This document shows, one piece after another, positions 39,642-49,890 of a stretch of DNA of 64,000 bases. The notes below the pieces were generated by a model. It saw only the letters and a program-made list of their open reading frames with translations, had not been told where the DNA came from and ran no database searches. Origin of the DNA: Candidatus Freyarchaeum deiterrae (lineage in GTDB: Archaea > Asgardarchaeota > Jordiarchaeia > Jordiarchaeales > Jordiarchaeaceae); the NCBI GenBank assembly GCA_037305845.1, contig CP147778.1:832001-896000 (forward strand), written 5' to 3'. The translations under genes and the position numbers were made by a program. Every line of letters begins with the position of its first letter. Positions within the stretch are counted from its first letter, which is position 1.

Positions 39642-41246
39642 ATGGCTGTAAAGTTCACTGATTCTGAAATTGATTCCGTTACAGTTTTTCGCGACGGTGC
39701 TAGAGTAACTCGCACCGCCAGCGTGACTCTGGAGTCTGGAACCCATGTTTTGAGCTTTGAGGTTCTCACACCTTACATTGACACTAACTCTGTGAGGGTT
39801 AAAGGCCTGGGCAAGGGCGCCCTGTCCAACATTAATGTTTACCCCCTCTGGAGGGAACTCCTACCCGAGGGAGACCTAGTGTCACTTCTTGCTAGGAAGG
39901 AAGAGCTTGAGAGGCAGTTAAGGGAGATTCAGGAAGAGATACAGTTCTACGAGGGACGGGTTAAACAGTTCTCAACGCTTGTTGATAGTTTCGTAGCCAC
40001 TTTTCCGCAGTTTTACTCAGCGGGGGAGAGTACCATAAACACCCTAACTGACCTCGACTCCCTCACTTCCGAGAAAATCTTAGAGCTGAAGAAAATTATT
40101 AGGGAGAAGTCCATGAAGCTGAAGGATGTAAGTGACGAGCTGCAAGTGGTGACGAACAACATTCAGAAGTACAGCAAGAGCAAAACAGAGCAGGTATATG
40201 TTGTAGACGTAACCATAGATGCAGCCCAACGCTCAGAATTCAAAGTTGAAATGGCGTACCAGACTGGTGGCGCGGCGTGGACTCCGGTTTACGATGTGAA
40301 CATTGAGAATGGAAACGCTGTAATTAGAACCAACGGTGCAGTGGGAAATAGAACTCGAGAAGACTGGAGTAATGTGCAGCTAACGGTTTCCACAGCCACA
40401 TCGAAACCCGCTGTAGTTATTGAACCCCAACCATACTACATAGATGTCTACAGACCCCCCCAGCCAGTATTGAGTAAGTCAGCTCGCGGAGCAGGGGGGA
40501 TGCCTGCATCGGCACCGAAACGTGATGATGGGATAATGGCTAAAGAGAAAGATAGAGGGGAACCAATGGAACGCGAGGAAGTGATGCCGGAAGCTCAACT
40601 CGCTGAAACCTTCGCTACACCAGAAGTAGCACTATCGGGAATCCAGATATACAATGTTCCGGGGCGTGTCTCAATACCCGCTGATAATGCGAGTCACCCC
40701 ATAGTTTTAACGGAGAACACATTCCCCTCTGAGAGGTTCTACTACTGGTACAGCGAGGCGGGAAGCGAGGTTATAGCTCAGGATGAAATCACAAACGGTG
40801 AAGGAGTCCTCCTTTCTGGAAGGATGAAGGTTTTCGCTTCCGGAGACTACATGGGAGAGAGTTCGATAGGTTTGATATCTCCCGGTGAGAAGTTCAAGCT
40901 GGGTGCGAGGTTCACTTACGATGTTAAGGTTGAAAAGAAGTTGGTCGCAAGGGAGGCTGAAAAGGGAGGAATAACCAAGGGCAAGCTTAGAAACGAGTAC
41001 AAGTACCGGTTAAAGTTAAACAACTACTCCAGTGACAAATCCAAAATAGAGCTAGTTGATAGAATTCCCCACAGCTTGTCCCCCGAAATAGAAGCTAAGA
41101 TAACTTCTATAAAGCCTCAGCCAGACAAGCAGGAACTAGGAATCCTAAGATGGAAACTAGAACTCAACCCCGGAGAGGAGACCGAAGTAAGTTACGAGTA
41201 CAATGTGGAGTGGAACAGAAACTACACGGTAACCGGACTGCCCTAA
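39642..41246 (+). CDS. DUF4140/DUF4139 (MuiA-like) protein
   Basis: SVTVFRDGARVTR, coiled coil, AAWTPVYD, NRTREDWSNVQLTVST, LVDRIP, GILRWKL. Confidence 0.85.
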   Translation: MAVKFTDSEIDSVTVFRDGARVTRTASVTLESGTHVLSFEVLTPYIDTNSVRVKGLGKGALSNINVYPLWRELLPEGDLVSLLARKEELERQLREIQEEIQFYEGRVKQFSTLVDSFVATFPQFYSAGESTINTLTDLDSLTSEKILELKKIIREKSMKLKDVSDELQVVTNNIQKYSKSKTEQVYVVDVTIDAAQRSEFKVEMAYQTGGAAWTPVYDVNIENGNAVIRTNGAVGNRTREDWSNVQLTVSTATSKPAVVIEPQPYYIDVYRPPQPVLSKSARGAGGMPASAPKRDDGIMAKEKDRGEPMEREEVMPEAQLAETFATPEVALSGIQIYNVPGRVSIPADNASHPIVLTENTFPSERFYYWYSEAGSEVIAQDEITNGEGVLLSGRMKVFASGDYMGESSIGLISPGEKFKLGARFTYDVKVEKKLVAREAEKGGITKGKLRNEYKYRLKLNNYSSDKSKIELVDRIPHSLSPEIEAKITSIKPQPDKQELGILRWKLELNPGEETEVSYEYNVEWNRNYTVTGLP

Positions 41247-41427
41247 CATCATAATTCAAATACCAGCCACTCATTTTTTTCATATTCTTTTTCATTTGTT
41301 TGCTTGAGCGTTTTTGAGACCAAGAAGCTAAATAAACCTATTTCGTTTTTATGGTTTAGAGAAGCGTTTAATTTAGGATAAAGCATTCTAAAATCAAGTT
41401 GTTACTCGGCTAAATGAGGAGATAAAG

Positions 41428-43164
41428 GTGGCCACAACGCTAACGGGAAGTCCAAAGTCGATCTTGCCGAAGGGTTATATTAGACATAAAGAGGTAAGAA
41501 GAACAAACATTATGATTGCAAGGGCGATTTCCGATGTTGTAAAAACAATGTTGGGACCTAAGGGAATGGATAAAATGCTAGTGACCGAAACAGGAGATGT
41601 GGTTGTCACAAATGATGGTAAGACGCTATTGGATAATATACGTGTTACTCATCCTATTGCCAAGATTCTTATAGGTGTTGCAAAGACGCAGGATGCTATT
41701 GCAGGTGACGGCACGAAGACCGTTGTAATGCTCGCAGCGGAACTGCTGAAGGAAGCGGGGAAGTTGTTAGATCAAAAGATTCATCCCACAGTTATAGTTA
41801 GGGGGTACGATAAAGCTACCAAGAAGACCTTAGAGATTTTGGATAGTATCGCAATGCCTGTATCCATCGAGGAGGAGGAGACCTTGAAAAGAGTCGCACG
41901 AACCGTTATGGGAGGCAGAATCGGTGCAGGATTAAAAAATCATCTTGCGGGTCTTGTTGTTATCGCAGTTAAGCGTGTTGCCGAGGAGAGGAGGGGCAAA
42001 GTAATCGTAGATGTGGATCAGGTTGGTTTCGCAAAAAAGGCTGGGGGAAGTATAAACGATTCTGAATTAGTTGAAGGAGTGGTCATCTCCAAAGGGAAAC
42101 CTCATCCAAAGATGCCCGAGAGGATTGAAGACGCAAAAATTGCTTTATTGGAGTGCTCACTTGATCCTCTCACACGAAAGAACACGGATTGGAGAAAGGA
42201 GTATGTAATTAAGAAACCAGAGCAGCTGAAAGGTTTCATTGATAAGGAGAAAGAACTTAACATGGGAATTGCGGAGCACGTTAAACGTGCGGGTGCGAGA
42301 GTTTTGTTCTGCCGTAAGCGCGTTAGCGAATCGATTCTTAATTGCTTTGCTGAAGAAGGGGTGTTAGCGTTCGATTTGGTGAGAGAGAATGATATGACGA
42401 GACTGGGGAGAGCAACGGGAGGTAAAATTGTGTCCAGTGTGGATGATTTAACAGAGAACGACTTGGGCGAAGCGGGGTTAGTGGAGTTCCGTAAAATCGC
42501 GGGAGATGAGATGCTGTTTATAGATTGCTGCAAAGATTCAAAGGCAACTACGATGTTGATCAGAGGTGGAACTGAACAGGTTATAGAGGAAGTGGAGAGA
42601 GTTATTAAAGACAGCTTTAAAGCAGTGGCTGTTACAGTCGAGAGCGGTAAAGTCATCGCGGGCGGCGGAGCCATAGAAATGGAAGTTTCTGGAAAGTTAA
42701 GAGATTTTTCGAAAACATTTAAGGGCATAGAACAACTGGCAATAGAAGCTTTTGCAGTTGCTATGGAAGTTATTCCAAAGACTCTTGCAACTAACGCCGG
42801 ATTAGACCCTATAGATGTTTTGATAAAGTTGAGGACCGGACATGCTAATGGCTGTACGCACCTTGGAATTAATGCCGTAGAACATGAGGTTGAGAATGTA
42901 ATGGAGAGAGGCTTGGTTGACGCGTTCAAGGTCAAACAGCATGCAATTAAAGCTGCAAGCGAGACCGCAGCGATTATTTTGAGGGTTGACGATTTTATCG
43001 CCGCCACTAATCAAAAGGAAATAAAAGAAGAGGAGAAGAGAAAAGAAAGCGAACGAAAACGGATCATGGGTGAACAGGTTAGAAGGGTTCTAGAGAAAGA
43101 AGAAGAGTTGAAAGAGATCGACAGGCGTTTTATGGAAAAGATAAAGCATCCAGAAACCGTCTAA
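41428..43164 (+). CDS. Divergent group II chaperonin (thermosome) subunit
   Basis: LGPKGMDKML, TNDG, GDGTKT, IRGGT, AGGGAIE, ILRVDD. Confidence 0.9.
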   Translation: MATTLTGSPKSILPKGYIRHKEVRRTNIMIARAISDVVKTMLGPKGMDKMLVTETGDVVVTNDGKTLLDNIRVTHPIAKILIGVAKTQDAIAGDGTKTVVMLAAELLKEAGKLLDQKIHPTVIVRGYDKATKKTLEILDSIAMPVSIEEEETLKRVARTVMGGRIGAGLKNHLAGLVVIAVKRVAEERRGKVIVDVDQVGFAKKAGGSINDSELVEGVVISKGKPHPKMPERIEDAKIALLECSLDPLTRKNTDWRKEYVIKKPEQLKGFIDKEKELNMGIAEHVKRAGARVLFCRKRVSESILNCFAEEGVLAFDLVRENDMTRLGRATGGKIVSSVDDLTENDLGEAGLVEFRKIAGDEMLFIDCCKDSKATTMLIRGGTEQVIEEVERVIKDSFKAVAVTVESGKVIAGGGAIEMEVSGKLRDFSKTFKGIEQLAIEAFAVAMEVIPKTLATNAGLDPIDVLIKLRTGHANGCTHLGINAVEHEVENVMERGLVDAFKVKQHAIKAASETAAIILRVDDFIAATNQKEIKEEEKRKESERKRIMGEQVRRVLEKEEELKEIDRRFMEKIKHPETV

Positions 43165-43278
43165 AAAAGAGTATCCTAGTCTGCAAACCCTTATTTTTAT
43201 AATGAAGACTTTTTCGTGTGCAAGTAGGAGGATTAATAAAAAAATGAGGGAGTTTGTTATTCTCTCTTATATTTATTC

Positions 43279-43935
43279 CTATTTAATTTCGAGGATTTCT
43301 TTGACTTTTTCCAAGGCTATGGTTACGTCAGTGGCATAGCCGTCAGCCCCCACCTCGTTGCACCATTCCTCTCCCGGAAATGCTCCGCCGCCGACCAGGT
43401 ATATGTACTTGTCTCTCAGCCCCCTCTTCTTGAGAGCGTCGCCGAGGAGCCTCTGCTGCTGAAGCGTGTTGCTCATCAGAGCGGATGCACCTATTATGTC
43501 GGCATTGACCTCTTCAGCCTTCTTTATGAAGTTTTCCACCGGCTGGTCGGAACCTAGGTTGTACACCTTAAATCCTGCCGCAGAGAAAACTGCTGCTACT
43601 ATGCTCACGCCCAAGTCATGTATGTCGCCTTGAACAGTTCCAATAACTATCGTGGCTAAGGGTTTAGGCAATTTATCCTTCGGGATGTGTTCCTGAAGCT
43701 TTTCAGATGCCTTGCTCATAACCTGAGCAGCCAACATCAGCTCGGGGATGTAGGCCTCGCCCTTCGCAAACTTATCACCAATTTCCTTGATACCTGTACT
43801 GAGACCTTTCGTGATGGCATCTATAGGATTAATCCCAGATTTAATTGCTTCATCCACAGTAGCCATAGCAGCATCCTCATCATAACTTGCGACAGCCTTC
43901 GCCAATTTTTCCAAGATTTTTTCCTTATCCGCCAT
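43279..43935 (-). CDS. Methyltransferase cognate corrinoid protein (MttC/MtgC-like)
   Basis: B12-cap domain (YIPELMLAA) plus GTVQGDIHDLG, SALM, GGGA. Confidence 0.9.
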   Translation of the reverse strand: MADKEKILEKLAKAVASYDEDAAMATVDEAIKSGINPIDAITKGLSTGIKEIGDKFAKGEAYIPELMLAAQVMSKASEKLQEHIPKDKLPKPLATIVIGTVQGDIHDLGVSIVAAVFSAAGFKVYNLGSDQPVENFIKKAEEVNADIIGASALMSNTLQQQRLLGDALKKRGLRDKYIYLVGGGAFPGEEWCNEVGADGYATDVTIALEKVKEILEIK

Positions 43936-43938
43936 TCC

Positions 43939-45438
43939 TTATCCCACCTTGAGCTCCTCATTTCCTTCTTTCACGATAGCGTCCATCCGTTCAACTACAT
44001 CATCCGGCAATGGTTTCGGTTCGTGTTTCTCCAGTTCCTTCAGCTTCTCTCTGCAACGAATGTAGACCCACGAAGGTGCTCCAGCTTTGAGCCAATCATC
44101 AAAAGCGTTGTTTTCAAGGCAGAAAGCCTGGGGGAATATGTGTAGACGCTTGAGGTTATACTTGTGTGTCATCCATTTCTCTCCCTTGGGCCCAATCTCT
44201 TTAATCACGTCAAGGGCAAGGTTTTCAGGTGTAGGGCTAATCTGGTCGAAAGTGGACATCAGATTTTTACTCTCCCTTGCTATCTCAGCAGCGATAGGTA
44301 TCAATACAGGATCAAAAGCTTCTGTTCCACATTGAATAAATATCATATCTGTTCCCAACGCCATCTCCAAAGCCATCCAATTCGAAAGATTAAACGCTTG
44401 CTGGTCAAGACTTGAAGCGAAAACGCCGCCATACTGTGCTGTAGGTAGTCCATAAAGTTCATGCCATAGTTGATTCATAGCGCCTGAACCTAACAGAAAA
44501 TGTGGAGATAACGGGCTTCCTCTTCCTGTCTTTGGATCCAAGTTGAAAACGGCGTTATTTGCTACCGCTGCTGTGCTTGGATCGTAGAACTGTTGGAGCG
44601 CTATCATGAAGAGTACTCCTGCGTGGCTAATCGCGGTGTTTCCGGCAGCCATCGCGGGACCTAGTAATGGTGCTGCGTCGGTCACAGCAGGCATTATTGG
44701 GAAGTGATGCTTGATTGCTGCCCGGAGCAGCCAGCTATTGAACCTGTTTAACTGCAGTGTTCCAGCGTAGTTATAAACGGTCCAGAAGAGGGGTCTCTTC
44801 CTTAACTCCTCTTCGCCTCCGGCTACTTCTGCACCTAATCTTTCTACGTAATCGTATTCTTCAATGTGTGAAACGGTTGTGCAGAGGTGTCCAGCCCACT
44901 TCGTAGTACCCTGAAGCATGGCGTTCATCTTGTTGAGTTCTGAGGGTAGTCCTCGCTGCCCCTCTTCTGCAGCATCGTAGAGGTAGATATTAAGATCGAA
45001 GTCATCTATGCCGTCTACGATTTTGGCTCCATACAATGTGTCTTTCGAACTTGCTCTCCTTCTAAAATAAGTCTTCTTCCCTTCATCCCACTCAATGCGA
45101 TCTGTCGCTCCGCTTTCCGGTGCCCAGAACTGTTTTCTTCCGGGTCCCTCAATAACAACATCCCACTCGGGATCTCTGCCAGCTAATATGAAGCTTCTAG
45201 GCGCCTTGTGCACATTCTCTTTAATTACATATTCAGGAATCTCTTTGATTATCTTCTTCTCATAGTCAACACTGCCTCCCATTTTCTCCGCCATCTTTAG
45301 CAGCTCCTCGTCATCTATGAAAACACCAGCATCGTTCAGAATCTTGTAAGCAGCAGCATCAATGATATCCAACTCTTCCTTATTCAACAACTTCCATAAT
45401 CTACGTGATGATGGTAAAGTAACGCCAGGTTTAGGCAT
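43939..45438 (-). CDS. MttB-superfamily methyltransferase without pyrrolysine
   Basis: LNKEELDIIDAAAYKILNDAGV, KAPRSFILAGRDP, GGEEELRKRP, LALDVIKEIGP, HEPKPLP; no in-frame amber codon. Confidence 0.85.
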   Translation of the reverse strand: MPKPGVTLPSSRRLWKLLNKEELDIIDAAAYKILNDAGVFIDDEELLKMAEKMGGSVDYEKKIIKEIPEYVIKENVHKAPRSFILAGRDPEWDVVIEGPGRKQFWAPESGATDRIEWDEGKKTYFRRRASSKDTLYGAKIVDGIDDFDLNIYLYDAAEEGQRGLPSELNKMNAMLQGTTKWAGHLCTTVSHIEEYDYVERLGAEVAGGEEELRKRPLFWTVYNYAGTLQLNRFNSWLLRAAIKHHFPIMPAVTDAAPLLGPAMAAGNTAISHAGVLFMIALQQFYDPSTAAVANNAVFNLDPKTGRGSPLSPHFLLGSGAMNQLWHELYGLPTAQYGGVFASSLDQQAFNLSNWMALEMALGTDMIFIQCGTEAFDPVLIPIAAEIARESKNLMSTFDQISPTPENLALDVIKEIGPKGEKWMTHKYNLKRLHIFPQAFCLENNAFDDWLKAGAPSWVYIRCREKLKELEKHEPKPLPDDVVERMDAIVKEGNEELKVG

Positions 45439-45817
45439 TTTCCATTTTCCTCCATATATTTAAACAAGTGTACGTTATAGCGTTCTTATATAAGCGACTT
45501 TTAATCTTTTTAATAAATAAATTTTATGCTAATTGGTTGTAGATTTACGCTTGGATAGTATCTGAAGGAGTAATCGAATGTAAATTCAGAAATCATTGAT
45601 GAGTGGTTTGTGGATAAAGCTGGCGTAATCCTTGCTCATTAAAAGATATTTTCTTAAATCTGGATTTTTAACCCGAATTGAGTGAGTACATGACACAATA
45701 ATCGCATGAAAAGAAAAACAAAATTTAATAGCTAAATACATTAATGGGAATTAATAAATAAAAAAAGTTTTTTAAAAACAGTTAATGAATATGAAAGCTT
45801 TAAGATGAGTGGTTTAG

Positions 45818-47746
45818 ATGGCTGCAGAAGTGGAAGTTATTTTTCAGCCGGAAGGAAAACGTGCGAAGATTAAATCTGGAGCTACCATATTAGAAGGAGC
45901 AAAACTGGTAGGTGCCGATCTAACCTCTATTTGTGGTGGAAGTGGTAAGTGTGGAAAATGTAAGGTCATAGTTGAAAAAGAATTGGGAAACGTGGGTTCT
46001 GTAACCGAATTGGAGGAGGAGCTCCTATCGCCGATGGAGATGTCTGCGGGCTATAGGCTGGCTTGCTGTGTATCAGTTAAGGATCGTCTTACCGTTAGGA
46101 TTCCAGAGGAAAGCAGAACTGGTCGGCAGAGACTTCAGGTTGAAGGAATAGAAACACCTGTGAAACTTGAACCTCTAATCAACAAATATTTTGTCAAATT
46201 GTTAGCTCCAACTCTCCAGGACCCCAAGTCCGATGTCGACAGACTGTTAGACGAGTTACGAGTTCGACATGGCTTTGAGAACCTCGAAGTAAGCTATAAT
46301 CTTCTTCAACGTCTACCGCTCATCTTAAGAGATAGTGAATGGGAGATAACGGTTGTTGTGTGGAACAATGACACAATCATTGGTGTGGAGTCTGGAGACA
46401 CAACTCACAGAATTTTTGGATACGCCGTTGACATAGGTACGACTAAACTCGCCGGGTACCTCCTAGACTTAAACACAGGAGGGGTAATGGCAGTAGAATC
46501 TTTGATGAACCCACAGATACCCTACGGTGAGGATATAATAACAAGAATCACTTATGCAAACAGGGGGCTTGAGGAGCAGAAAGAACTTCAACAAGCCGTT
46601 GTAAATGGTATAAACCAAATCCTTGAGCGACTCTTAGACAAGACGGATGCGAATCCGGATGAAGTGTATGAAATGACCGCCGTTGGTAACACCGCCATGC
46701 ATCACCTCTTCCTAAATATCTGTCCAAAGTATGTGGCTCTATCGCCATACCCTCCGGTCATAAGACGGAGGATGAACGTTAACGCAGAAAGTATCGGGAT
46801 GAAAATCAATCCAAATGGTAAAGTCCATGTCCTTCCCGTAATTGCGGGATTTGTTGGAGCTGATACGGTTGCGGTAATATTGGCAACCGAAGTCTACAAG
46901 AGAGATGAACTTTGCATGGCGTTAGATATTGGGACGAATACTGAAGTTTTTTTGGGGAATAAAGACGAGATACTAGCATGCTCCTGTGCGTCTGGCCCAG
47001 CACTTGAAGGCGCTCATATAAAACATGGAATGAGAGCCGCTACAGGCGCGATTGAAAAAGTGAGAATAGAGCCGGATACATTTGAGGTTAGGTATAGGAC
47101 TATAGATGATGCTAAACCTTGTGGAATTTGTGGTTCAGCTATGGTGGACATACTTGCTGAGATGTTAAAGGCTGGAATAATTGAAGTTACAGGAACGATG
47201 AACAAAAATGTTGCCTCACCCAGATTGCGCGCCGGGGAAGATGGACTTGGGTTTGTGCTAGCGTGGGGAAAGGAAACCTCGACCGGAGAAGACATTGTTT
47301 TCACCCAAAAAGACATCAGGGAAATTCAGCTAGCGAAGGCAGCTATGCATACAGGGACCATGGCGCTGATGAGAAAGAAGGGCGTAGTTGAGAAAGACAT
47401 AGATATACTCTTCATAGCGGGAGCCTTCGGCTCTTACATAGATCCGGAAAACGCAAGGATAATCGGCATGTACCCTGAGATAACATTAGAGAAGGTAAGA
47501 GTTGTGGGAAACGCAGCAGGAACAGGAGCAAGAATGGCTCTAGCTTCCAAAACGGCTAGGAAAACCGCTGAAGAAGTATCAGGTAAGGTCACATATGTGG
47601 AGCTTGCAGCAGAACCTAATTTTCAATCGGAATTCTTTAACTCAAATGTTTTACCCTACGCGGATCTAGCAAGATACCCACAGACAAGCGAACTGCTCAA
47701 GAAGTTGGGTAAGTATCCGAAAAAACCTCCAACAATCTTTCATTGA
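45818..47746 (+). CDS. Reductive activator of corrinoid proteins (RACo, DUF4445 ASKHA ATPase with N-terminal 2Fe-2S)
   Basis: CGGSGKCGKC, RLACC, VDIGTT, DIGTNTE, GICGS, AGAFG, GNAAG. Confidence 0.92.
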   Translation: MAAEVEVIFQPEGKRAKIKSGATILEGAKLVGADLTSICGGSGKCGKCKVIVEKELGNVGSVTELEEELLSPMEMSAGYRLACCVSVKDRLTVRIPEESRTGRQRLQVEGIETPVKLEPLINKYFVKLLAPTLQDPKSDVDRLLDELRVRHGFENLEVSYNLLQRLPLILRDSEWEITVVVWNNDTIIGVESGDTTHRIFGYAVDIGTTKLAGYLLDLNTGGVMAVESLMNPQIPYGEDIITRITYANRGLEEQKELQQAVVNGINQILERLLDKTDANPDEVYEMTAVGNTAMHHLFLNICPKYVALSPYPPVIRRRMNVNAESIGMKINPNGKVHVLPVIAGFVGADTVAVILATEVYKRDELCMALDIGTNTEVFLGNKDEILACSCASGPALEGAHIKHGMRAATGAIEKVRIEPDTFEVRYRTIDDAKPCGICGSAMVDILAEMLKAGIIEVTGTMNKNVASPRLRAGEDGLGFVLAWGKETSTGEDIVFTQKDIREIQLAKAAMHTGTMALMRKKGVVEKDIDILFIAGAFGSYIDPENARIIGMYPEITLEKVRVVGNAAGTGARMALASKTARKTAEEVSGKVTYVELAAEPNFQSEFFNSNVLPYADLARYPQTSELLKKLGKYPKKPPTIFH

Positions 47747-47932
47747 TACTATTAAAAAATGATGATACTGTTCCTGTTGATTTTGCAACGATGATTGAAC
47801 GCGACACTTTAATATATAGGTACTTATTTAACATTACTAGAGTTTCTTAATTGGACATCAGAATTCGCTTACGCAAATAATTCGCGATGTTGGGATTGAA
47901 GATAGTAGTCATTCGAGGAGGTGTAAACTATC

Positions 47933-49171
47933 ATGGATAAGGAATTTTATACCATGTCCGATTTTGATTTTAGTGGAAAGACTGTTTTGTTGCGTGTAGA
48001 TTTTAATAGCGCCGTGGATCCGAATACAAAAGCGATTTTGGACGATTCACGCATCAGGGACCATGTTCCCACTCTTAAGGAATTAGTTAAGAAAGGGGCG
48101 AAGGTTGTGGTTCTTGCTCATCAGGGTCGTAAAGGAGATTATGATTTTATTTCCTTGGAGCCACACGCTAAAATATTGGGCAAGTTATTGGGTAAGCCTG
48201 TAGGATTTGTAGATGATGTTTATGGAGATAAGGCGAAAAATGCGATAAAAAATTTGAAGAAAGGGGATATTCTGGTTTTACAGAATGTTAGATTTACTCC
48301 CGATGAGAAGGCGGATTTGCCTCCGGAGAAACTTGCGGACACGGATATGGTTCGTACCCTTTCTAAGCTTGCGGACTATTATGTAAACGATGCTTTTAGT
48401 GCAGCTCACCGAGCGGATGCCTCTCTGGTGGCCTTTGACCAGGTTTTGCCTGCTATGGCTGGTCGACTTATGGAGCGCGAGCTGGAAAATTTGGAAAAAG
48501 TTTCCAAGGATCCAGAGAAACCATCTGTCTATGTTCTCGGTGGCACAAAGGTAGAGGATACTTTTACAATAGTTAAATACGTGCTGGAGGAGAACATAGC
48601 GACCAACGTTCTAACGACCGGGCTAGTCGCCAACACCTATCTTCTAGCAGAGGGACATGATCTAGGTGAAGTGAATAATTCGTTGATAGAAAAGAAGGGC
48701 CATCTCACGTACCTTTCTCCTATTAAAGAGGTGCTGGATAAGTTCAGAGACAAAATAGAACTGCCTGAGGATTTAGCATACGATGATGGTGGAAAGAGGG
48801 TCGAGATTGACGTGGAGAAGCTGCCCGTGGAGAAGCCAATAAAGGACATCGGGTCCAAATCCATTGAGAAGTACTCCAAAATAATTCAAAACGCAAAGAC
48901 TATAGTATGTAACGGTCCTCCGGGAATGTTTGAAGAACAAAATTTTGAAATGGGAACAAAAAAGATTTTCCAAGCGATAACCCAATCAAAGGCATTTTCG
49001 CTGGTTGGAGGAGGGCATACCACAGCAGCACTCCGCAAGTACGGACTAGAGAAAAAGGTTTCTTACTCCACCACTGCGGGAGGAGCGTTCATATCTTACT
49101 TGTCTGGCGAAAAGCTGCCCGCCGTTGAGGCTCTCAAAGAAGCCTACGAGAAAAAGAAAACCTCTAAATAA
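47933..49171 (+). CDS. pgk: Phosphoglycerate kinase
   Basis: RVDFNS, AHQGR, QNVRF, NDAFSAAHR, GGTKV, NGPPGMFE, GGGH, TAGGA. Confidence 0.96.
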   Translation: MDKEFYTMSDFDFSGKTVLLRVDFNSAVDPNTKAILDDSRIRDHVPTLKELVKKGAKVVVLAHQGRKGDYDFISLEPHAKILGKLLGKPVGFVDDVYGDKAKNAIKNLKKGDILVLQNVRFTPDEKADLPPEKLADTDMVRTLSKLADYYVNDAFSAAHRADASLVAFDQVLPAMAGRLMERELENLEKVSKDPEKPSVYVLGGTKVEDTFTIVKYVLEENIATNVLTTGLVANTYLLAEGHDLGEVNNSLIEKKGHLTYLSPIKEVLDKFRDKIELPEDLAYDDGGKRVEIDVEKLPVEKPIKDIGSKSIEKYSKIIQNAKTIVCNGPPGMFEEQNFEMGTKKIFQAITQSKAFSLVGGGHTTAALRKYGLEKKVSYSTTAGGAFISYLSGEKLPAVEALKEAYEKKKTSK

Positions 49172-49274
49172 TCATTGAAATTCTCCCTTAATACTGAGGA
49201 GTGTCTATGTTTAAAGTCCTAAACTCAAACCCCAAACAATTTTCTACGGCGCATCACGTGTATATATCACAACA

Positions 49275-49739
49275 CTAGGTTTTGGCGGTTCTTTTCCTGT
49301 AAGTAATCAATCGGTTGTGGAGATATTCAAAATGTGAAAAGAAAAACGGTTCCTTGAGGCTTTCTCTCATGCCATAAATCAAGTGGCTGATTGAGTCCCA
49401 CAATAAATTCAAGGAAGAACCGAAAAGGCTGTCAACTAATTTAATGTCTATTAAATTTTGCTCCAGAAGAGCCCCAAGTCCTTCAAAAAGTACGGCGATC
49501 TGCGTGACTTCTGTCAATCCATATTTCTTCGTGTAATCCTGAAAGGTCTCAGTTTTAGCTGGGCCAACTTTGTACATGGCCTCTACCATTTCTCTGCTAC
49601 AGAATCTATCATAAATTTTCAGGATGACATCTGTTCTTCTGGTTCTAGCCAGGTGACGAATTTCCATTACGGTGAAGACAACGCCGATGATGACGCTCAC
49701 TGCTGCAACTATCGTCGAGACTTCAGTTATGTCAACCAT
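49275..49739 (-). CDS. Hypothetical protein with N-terminal TM helix (DUF4760-like)
   Basis: TM helix, then FEGLGALLEQNLID...FSHFEYL pattern. Confidence 0.6.
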   Translation of the reverse strand: MVDITEVSTIVAAVSVIIGVVFTVMEIRHLARTRRTDVILKIYDRFCSREMVEAMYKVGPAKTETFQDYTKKYGLTEVTQIAVLFEGLGALLEQNLIDIKLVDSLFGSSLNLLWDSISHLIYGMRESLKEPFFFSHFEYLHNRLITYRKRTAKT

Positions 49740-49890
49740 ACGATTCGCCTAACTATATGAACTATTTTGCCTTAAAGAACTTTCCGAACTCAATAATTCT
49801 GCTAATACTCACCTTATGAAACAGCTTTAGGGATAGAAATATAATTAAAATCAATCTTTGTAAAAACATGGAGTTTTTTGGTGAATAGTT

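Noticed and set aside
42102-43007. Long antisense ORFs (also 10366-11043, 51243-51932, 59266-59925, 22508-23089)
   Set aside because: Shadows of well-supported genes on the opposite strand, with no motifs.
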